DNA of 64,000 bases, from NCBI GenBank assembly GCA_963693365.1, contig CAVNZM010000006.1, positions 6,923,264 through 6,987,263 on the forward strand, in the 5' to 3' direction. The notes beneath the pieces are model-generated. The model was given only the letters and a program-made list of their open reading frames with translations. It was not told the origin of the DNA and made no database searches. This document shows positions 56,027 through 64,000 of this stretch, in pieces (positions within the stretch are counted from its first letter, which is position 1; each line of letters starts with the position of its first letter). The position numbers were made by a program, and so were the translations under genes. The stretch is from Amoebidium appalachense (lineage: Eukaryota; Protista; Ichthyosporea).

Positions 56027-56689
56027 GGGCCCCACGGCGCCCTGCCTGCGGTCTGCCGGGTGCCAACAGTATCCTGGGGGTTGGCTCCTGCGGTGGGGTG
56101 TTGCTGTGGTGGCGTGGTGGCGGCTGCAGTGCTGGTGTGCGGTTGCTCAAAGGCACCAGGGCAACTGTGTGTCACGTGGCCGATGTGCCTCTCGGCACTG
56201 GCCCTACAGGCGTGGGCCCGTGTGCGTGTGCCTGTGTTACGTGTGGCTGTGTATGTAAGCTGTTCAGGCACCTGAGCTGTTTTGATTTGGATGAAGGCTA
56301 CTGAAAACTCAATGGCTTCCTCCCTTGCTGTCACGGTGACATGCAGTGCATACGGAGCTATATTAGTGCTGCCGTGCGTTTGGAGCACGGCCCTCTGATC
56401 ATGAACAGAGGCTGAACACAGTTTCAAACTTGCAGGTGACCCACCGGCCGGGCGGGCGGCCGCGGGGGCATGCATCACGTAATCGATTTTGGCGCGCTTT
56501 TGTAGTCAGCCAATCAGCAGCCGCCACGTCACAGAGGTACCATCATGATCAGGCACTGGCTGTGATCGATCACGATCATCTGAGAATCTGGCGGACAACA
56601 AAGCAGCAGCACACAGCCACAGGCACGTAGCTATAGCAGCGCACACAGCACAGCACTACCAGGCAGCTAATACTAGAGCACAACCAAGC

Positions 56690-57550
56690 ATGGCAGACAC
56701 GCAGCAGCTAACCTGGGTCCAGCAGAACGCCGGCAAGTGGACCGGCGACCTAGCAGGTTCGTGCAAGGGGGCATGCATAGCCAGGCACGCGTGTCCTGGG
56801 CAGTCAGCCTCACGAACACTGAGCGACAGGCACAGACACACAACTGTGTAATAGCACACAGGCACACACATACGGAGCTATTCAGGCGTATTACAGGGAA
56901 AAAATCCGGGCGTGAATTATCACATTTGGCCCACGCACACGCACTGAGAGCTGCATAGTCTGGAGGCACAAGCTGCAAGTGGCGCGTAAAAGAAAAGGAG
57001 AGGAAGGGGTGAGTGTGGCTCGGCTTTCTGGCACACACGTGCCTGTAGGGGCACATCATATGCACACGTATAGGCACGCAAAAACTCAGCGTTCCAGCGA
57101 CAACACACGCCCGGGGAGGGGGGGGGAGGGGTGGTAGAGAAGGCATTGCACCGAACGTGATTCACGTGCAGAACGCATATCATTGTGATCCTGGGCTGGG
57201 GCCCTGGCCCCTCAACAGGGCAGTGCAGGGTCTGACGGGGGGTGCAGTGTTGTCTCGCACAGGGGAAGTGTCCCGATTGGTGTCGAGAGTCAAGGTCCAG
57301 CCCACGGAGACAGGTGGGTGCAAAGGGGAAGGGGGGAAGAGGGGGGGGGGGGGGGGGGGGAGGGGGGGGGGGGAGGGCAGGCACTGAGGCAGATATGGGT
57401 GCAGGCTGGACGGAGCAGCGCACACTGGCAGACGGGTCAGGGGCCATACTGTCGCAGCACACGTGGGTGTACGAGGACCGGGGGGGGGGTAGCCACGGTG
57501 GCCGTGACAGACGAGGGCCTTGGCGGCTGCACGGTAGGGGGGTGGGGGCA

Positions 57551-57582
<32 letters not shown>

Positions 57583-57869
57583 GGGGCACGTGTGTGTATT
57601 TGCTGACCGGGCACAGGGGGAGGGCCGGGTGGCTGGGCCCGTGCTGACGCTGGTGCTGAGGGACACGGCCACGGGCCAGCCACGGGTGGTTGAGACGACC
57701 ACTCTGACCAACGGCCAGAGGGTGCGCTCCATACAGGTGTGTGTGTGTTGGGGGAGGGGGGGGAGGGGAGAGGGGGGGAGCAAAGAGGCTGAGGGTATGG
57801 GGGCAGACATATGACGGGGCAGGGGCGTTTGTGAGCATGTCGGTGGCCGAGGAGCAGCGCGTGGGCTGA
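56690..57869 (+). CDS. Small calycin/lipocalin-like beta-barrel protein resembling DUF3598 (5 exons; +1 G frameshift at 57480-57489)
   Basis: MADTQQLTWVQQNAGKWTGDLA (GxW motif), beta-strand-rich exons (RLVSRVKVQPT, WTEQRTL, PVLTLVLRD, RVVETTTLTNGQRVRSIQ), end TYDGAGAFVSMSVAEEQRVG*. The family call is from memory of the motif pattern, not a search. Confidence 0.6.
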
Positions 57870-57871
57870 GG

Positions 57872-57971
57872 CTACGGCAGGGCAGCAAGCTGGGCCTGCA
57901 GGGTGCTGAAGGTCGGCCGCTGGGTCGGGACACTGGCCCAGCACTGCTGCATCACCTGGGGGCAGAGTCAG

Positions 57972-58027
<56 letters not shown>

Positions 58028-58374
58028 CAATAAACAGAATCGGCAATAAACACACACAGACTATGAACTGCAGGCCCCTGTTACACACCTCGTACACTGC
58101 TGGGGGGCAGGCTGGGGGCTGGGGATGGCGGTATCCGTGTGCCACCTTGTCTGCTACCTGGCCAGGTGGTCAGGGGGGGCATTTTCCTTATTTGGAAGGT
58201 AGCACGCACCTCCTTGTTTGTGAGGTCCGGGTACGGCTGGCTGCCGTTCTGGTAGATCTCCACCAATAGAATGGCATAGGCCCACACGTCAGAGCTACTG
58301 CTGAACTGGAACTGGCAAAGGGATCAGGCAGGGCCTACACACATACTCAAGCAGGCACAGGCACACAATACAGT

Positions 58375-58425
<51 letters not shown>

Positions 58426-60480
58426 ATCCACACTAAAATAAACACACACACAAGGATGCACACACACACACGAACACTCGCTCTCTCTCTCTCTCTCCCC
58501 CTCACTCATACACACACACACATACTAATATTCACATTCATATATACTCACACACCAACACACACAAGGATACGCGCGCGCACACACACAAACACACACA
58601 CACAATTACACACACAAGCATTACATACACCTGCGCTAGCACACACATCGAAACATAGGTCCCCATCCAAACCCCCCTTCCCCCCCCCCCCCCCCCCCCC
58701 CAAACATGAATGGATGCTACCTGTAGGGCTTCTGGGGCGCTCCATCTAACAGGCAGCATGATGCCTGCCCGCTCGGCTGACCGGGCAGCCATGGGGTGTG
58801 TGGGGTCTGCATGCATGGCCATGCCAAAGTCTGCAATCTGCATGGAATGTGTCGGGTCTGCAAGCATGACCATAATCCGTTTTGCATCTGCCTGGGGTGT
58901 TGGGACTGCATGCAAGGACTAATCATGCCGTCTCCCCCCCTCCCCGCCTACCTTTGCCGTGTCGTGTGCGGTCAGCAGGATGTTCCTAGCAGCCAGGTCC
59001 CTGTGCACTATGCCCCTGGCCTCCACATAGGCCATGCCACAGGCCACCTGCTGCTGCCACTGCCGCCGCAGCTGCTCACTCACAACCCTGTGGCCCCCGT
59101 CAGCATGCATCAGCACAAGCCAACGGCAGGGGGGGGGGGGGGGAGGAGGGTGTGTGTGCGTGAGCGTGTGTGTGTGTGGGGGGGGGGGGGGAGGGGGGGA
59201 GGGGGGGAGGGACATGAGGGGCACACCGTGAGGCCTGCAGGCGGGCCAGCAGGGAGCCCCCCGGCAGATACTCGAGCAGCAGCAGCAGGGGGCTCTGCTC
59301 GGTGCACACGCCCAGCAGGCCCACCACGTGCTGGTGCTGCAGCCCGGCCATGACTATGCCCTCCAGCACAAACTCCTCACGGGCCATGCCCTGTGCCCTG
59401 CTGTCAGGGCCCTGCTGCCTCCGCCTAGTTGGCTGATGTGCCCGGACATAGTATGAATGGGGGGAGCCACTCCCCCCCTTCCCCACCTTTTTTTCATAGG
59501 AGGCTGCATCAGCGTGCCTGGGGTGTGGATGAAAGACTGCGTACGTGACATTCATGCATGCATCCGTGCGCCCTAAGTGTATGTGCCTGCTTATGCCAGT
59601 GGGTGTGTCTGTGTGCCCCATATAGTGTGGGGGTGCACCTACGGCCACGTTCTGCTTGAGGGCCTTGACTGCACAAGGCCTTTGGGTCTTTGCCGCGGCC
59701 ACAATGCCCCTGTAGACGTCCCCAAACTGGCCACTGCCCAGCCGCTCACTGAGCTGCACACCACAGTCAGCACGGTGTGCCCCAGACAAATAACCACACA
59801 CAAGCACGGCCCTGCAGGGTCACACCCGGTCCACCCGGTGCAAAAGAGCACACAAATGCGGTGCTACATGCAGGGCCAGGCACCTGGATGGTGGCACGGG
59901 GCAGCTCGTGGGGGCTCAGATCCACGCTGGCCACGAACGAGTGTGTGATGGCCGTGCCTAGTAGCACACACAGCCCGTCCTGCTCCCTTTTTATGTAAGC
60001 AACCCCATCTCCCCCCCCTTCCCTCCCCCTCTCCCCCCAGTGGGGCACCTGGCTGGCCTGGTGGTGGGCCACAAGGGCCTGCAGGTCGGCAAATTGCCGC
60101 TTGTCGCTGATAAAGCAGCAGCCGTCGGCACTGCGCTTGACCTGCAGCACCCCAGCGGGTCAGCCCGTGGGGCAGTGCCCGGCATACACCCCTGTGTTCT
60201 CTGGCGCCTCCACACGCACCTGGTAGTGCTTGACCGAGTCATATGCGTCCTTGACGCTGAGCACCCACGACCCATCCTTGGCCTCCCGCACCAGGAAGCA
60301 GCCGGCACCCCTCCGCAACAGCACGGCCCTCTCGACCAGCTGCCGGCCCAGCACAGGAAAGTACCACTCGGGTGCTGGGCCCCAGCCCTCGGGCCACAGC
60401 TGCAGCTGGGTGTAGGTGGGGGCTGCAGGCTGGCCAGGGGGCTGGGCCTTGGCTGGCTGCCTGCTGGCCTTGGCCCCCAT
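57872..60480 (-). CDS. Non-receptor tyrosine kinase: N-myristoylation motif, SH2, TK (Src/Csk-related), ~10 exons
   Basis: MGAKAS, SH2 WYFPVLGR...GCFLVREAKDGSWVLSV...VKHYQ...DGLC, kinase LGSGQFGDVY, CAVKALK, IVHRDLAARNILL, IADFG, LPVRWSAPEAL, SDVWAYAILLVEI, CW...QRPTF. Confidence 0.92.
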
Positions 60481-61109
60481 GGTGGGTGCAGGCAGGTGGA
60501 GGGCCCCCACGGGCCCCTTGTTGGTGCCAAGGGATGTTTCCGCCCAACCTGCTGCAGTGGCCACCAACCTTCACCAGCCACACGCTGCTAACAATCCACC
60601 ACACAATAAAGGCTAGTGTGTAGCTACCTTTGCGTGTGTGTGCCCTGCCGCAACTGCCTGTCTAGATCTGCTGAGTGGGGTATGTGCAGCGTGCTGCACA
60701 GTGCTTGGACTCATCTGCTTTTCTCTTGTGGATCCGAGCCCTGCCCGTGAAAAAAAAATGTTCCGCACTTATATCCAAGGTATCTGGGCCGATTCTTGGT
60801 GTACTTCAGCAGGTGTGCACCAGTCGAGGCAGTGCAGTCACATGATAACACCTTGCCGTATGCACAGCTGTATGGTGCTTTCTTAAAACGCAAAGGGGCC
60901 TGTGGCAAACCGCAGGGTCACACTACCCAGCGCCAGTATCGCGCACACTGCAAACGTGCTGTCGCAATCTCCTCCCCCTCCGCACTCGCTCGTACCTGTA
61001 TGCCACCTTGCCTTGGCCTCGAAGCCAAAAAGCCACACTTGAACCTTTCCAAAAAAGCCCGGCCAGGCCAGGGAGGTGCTGTTTCAAACTTGTTTGCGCC
61101 ATGCAGTGT

Positions 61110-61260
61110 GCGCTGATTGGACTACGGCGCACCGCATACACATGATTGGCCAGCAAGGCATCACAATAGACGAGAACTACCATTGACGTCACAGCGGCGA
61201 TCTTTCAGAGATCTAGAAGTGAGTCAGCTGCAGGCAATCAGCCAGCTGCAGCCAGCCTGA
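61110..61260. promoter_or_regulatory. Probable kinase promoter with CRE and CCAAT boxes
   Basis: TGACGTCA at 61184-61191, ATTGG at ~61116 and ~61145, CpG-rich. Confidence 0.5.
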
Positions 61261-61779
61261 CCGACGGTCATTTTCTTCGACAGTGAGAAAATGAAAACTC
61301 GCTGGTGTGGAAAAGCGGTGGATACTTTGTCGTAGTCGGACAACAAAACAGTTACTTAGCTGTACGTCTATTCTTAAATACGTGGTATTCCTTTTAGCTC
61401 CTAAATCCTTATAGCTCCTAAGCACCGCTAGTAGCTCGTTTCCTAAGCCACCTCTCATCGATAGTATGCCCTCAAGGCAAATCTTGCTGAACCTGTTACA
61501 ACAACACCTAACAAAATAAATAAAGCCTTGTAACGTTTGACCAATACAAGGCATGCATGAAGTTGTCTCTGTATATGGCGCATTTATATAACAGCCAGGG
61601 TGAGCACCCTCCTCCGCACCTCGACTCCGGCCAGTCCCCCCTCTGCACGGTCTGAGACCCCTAAACTATCCCTTCTCTGCACCTTCAACGTTCCAAACAC
61701 CCTTCTCCCCTGTGTTGCACACACAAAATCACTCCATTAACCATCCCCTCCCATCAACAAGAAATACGCACATGCGCAT

Positions 61780-62422
61780 TGTCAAGTAACGCCTACAAAA
61801 AGGGGCTTTACGTAATAATCCTTGGTACTGCAACCTTGGAGACACACTGCCAATCGTGACCCCCCCCTCCCCCCCCCCCCCCCCCCCCCCCCCGGGGCCC
61901 CGACCGCTCCCCCCCCCCCGTTTTCTCTCCCTCAACACACACATACAAACCCCAGATTGCGTTCTAGCACACGCACTCCGAGCCACCCAGCTCATCTTTC
62001 GCTTAGGGCATGGACTATAAGTTCTCAATGTTGCACACAGGTGCTGGACTCATGCTAAGGCAAACGACCAAAACCCCCCTCCCCCCCCCCCCCTTCCCCC
62101 CTTCCCCCCCATCCCCCCTCCTCCCCCCTCTACCCCTCACCCAACGGGGGCCTCCTTATAGTGCCCCGATAACACCCCTTAACATCTACGCCTGTGCACC
62201 AAGGATTCTCCGGTATTTTTTCTAGCTAGCCTGTCCGTCCTCCCCTCGCCCCCCTCTCCCCACACACACACAGACGCACTAGCTGTGGCTCAAACACGTA
62301 GACACGTATATACTGGAGTGCCCGAGGGGGGGAGAAGGGGCAGCAGGGGGCAAAGGGGGGGGAGGGGAAGGGGGGATAGTCACCACATCCAAAAACATGG
62401 GGTTTCTCCCCGGGCGTGACCT

Positions 62423-62453
<31 letters not shown>

Positions 62454-63231
62454 CCTCCCCCCCACCCCTTCCCGTTGCTCCTATGAGATGGCCCTCCCTT
62501 CAGTCAAGGACCTACCTCTTACCTGCAGCTGCATGTTGGAACTTGAAGAAACCTTCAAACCACCATCTGCTTGCGACCTCCCTCCCCCCCCCCCCCCCCC
62601 GCCTTCCCCCCCCCCCCCCTCCCTCCCCCCCCCCCCCCCCCCCCCCCTTCCCTCCCCTCTCTCTCCACCATTCCCAACGGCTCCTCGTGAGCTTCCCGGC
62701 CTGGGTCTTGGCCTGGTCTGATTCTGTAAGCATTTAGAAATGTTATCTCACCCAGTTCCTTGCTATACCAAAGGCTAACATTTAATCTTGCAGTGCAGTA
62801 AGCCTTATGTGTGTGTGTCCTCGTGGGTGAATGCTCGTGTTTGTATAGCACGGTAGATGGAAAGTAAGGAAAGGTGTGTGTGTGTGTTTGTGTGTTTGTG
62901 TGTGGGAGGGGGGGGGAGGGGGGAGGGAGGGGGGGGGGGAGAGAGGGGGGAGGGGGATATATGTCGGGGAACCCGGCTAACTTAGCCTACGGTACCCTTT
63001 GCTGTTTGCACACATGCTAACACCATATCTGTGTGCACACAGCCCGAGGAATATACCACACACACACTAGTGATAATGTGCTCACGTCTGGGTGTGTCCA
63101 CGTGTGTGTGGGCATTTTTGTGCGGCACATGTGTGTCGGACCGTGAACGGTTTCCTCCTCCTCCCCTCCCCCCCCCCCCCCCCCCCTCTCCCCCTCTCCC
63201 CCCCCCCCCCCCCCCCCTCCCCCTCCCCCCC

Positions 63232-63262
<31 letters not shown>

Positions 63263-63422
63263 AAAAAAGGAAAAAAAAAAAAAAAAAAAAAAAAAACCTT
63301 CGTTACAAGCCATGCACGACCGACCCCAAAAAAAAAAAAGAAAAGAAAAAAAAAAAAGAAAAAAAACCTTCGTTACAAGTAGTCATGCACGACCGGAGAG
63401 GGGGGGGGGGGCAGGAAGTTGC

Positions 63423-63466
<44 letters not shown>

Positions 63467-63760
63467 GATTGTGTGAAGATAATACCAAGTGTATTCGGGT
63501 GTGTTGCGATTGTTGGCTTTGAATATGCCAATGTTTGTGTTTGGAAGCCAAGGCCATTCAAACCATTGGGTTGCCAAGTTGATGCCGGAACCACCCCACC
63601 TCCCCCCATCCCCCCCCCCCCCCCCCCCCCCCCCCTCCTCCCTCTCCCCCCCCCCCCTTCCCCCCTTTCCCCCAAACACACACACACCTGCTCACACACA
63701 TTCCCTCGAGACGTTAGCGAACACGGTGGCACACCCCACAGAACCATAGATTTGCCCTGA
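61780..63760 (-). CDS. Possible partial multi-exon gene of unknown function running off the window end
   Basis: Short non-repetitive islands between poly-C tracts bounded by minus-strand AG/GT sites (e.g. CAG|GTAAGA at ~62522; WFEWPWLPNTNIGIFKANNRNTPEYTW at ~63490-63570). I could not establish a consistent frame. Confidence 0.3.
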
Positions 63761-64000
63761 CACACTGTACACACGTGCACACACTACACATTGCCAAGTG
63801 CACAAGTGGGTGTGTGGCATACCGTGGTACAAACACAGACCTGTCACACACACTCACTGTTAAACACAAACGCACACACCATGACCTGTGTATCTGACGC
63901 AAATTCACAAAAACACACACACAAGCCGAGTGTTACACATTTTCACGCACACACAGTCACATGTACACATGGTGAGGCCATACATAACACCTACCCACAC

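Noticed and set aside
63270-63392. Duplicated poly-A + CCTTCGTTACAAG..CATGCACGACC as a retroposon tail
   Set aside because: A local two-copy duplication in low-complexity sequence, with no element body or TSD.

Overview
Eukaryotic, intron-rich, GC-rich genomic DNA, most likely from a unicellular holozoan (ichthyosporean/Amoebidium-like). This is an inference from an SH2-tyrosine kinase, animal-like RhoA and CREB, strong GCTRAC branch points and TpG/CpA-rich gene bodies. I spliced eleven multi-exon genes by eye: a short CREB/ATF1-type bZIP (-), U1-70K/SNRNP70 (+), a Q/M/P-rich RRM protein (+), an LRR protein with an LRRC58/LRRC28-like C-terminus (+), an unknown type-I membrane protein (-), an SLC26/SulP transporter (+), CLU1/CLUH (-), RhoA (+), RAD17 (-), a DUF3598/calycin-like beta-barrel (+) and a myristoylated SH2-tyrosine kinase (-). 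A poorly resolved partial gene may lie at the right end. Most ORFs in the supplied track are artefacts of (GT)n and poly-G intron tracts. Most notable observations: (1) a cluster of four near-consensus U1-binding 5' splice sites downstream of the U1-70K stop plus a candidate poison exon, suggesting U1 snRNP autoregulation; (2) an 11-12x 45-bp tandem array of branch point + acceptor + exon start that makes stop-containing decoy acceptors, with smaller junction duplications elsewhere; (3) an ICER-like bZIP-only CREB under a CRE cluster; (4) convergent genes whose stop codons are 2 bp apart; (5) a 42-bp-stem hairpin; (6) a CAC-terminated non-autonomous DNA transposon in a CLU1 intron. Exon boundaries are manual and need RNA-seq confirmation.
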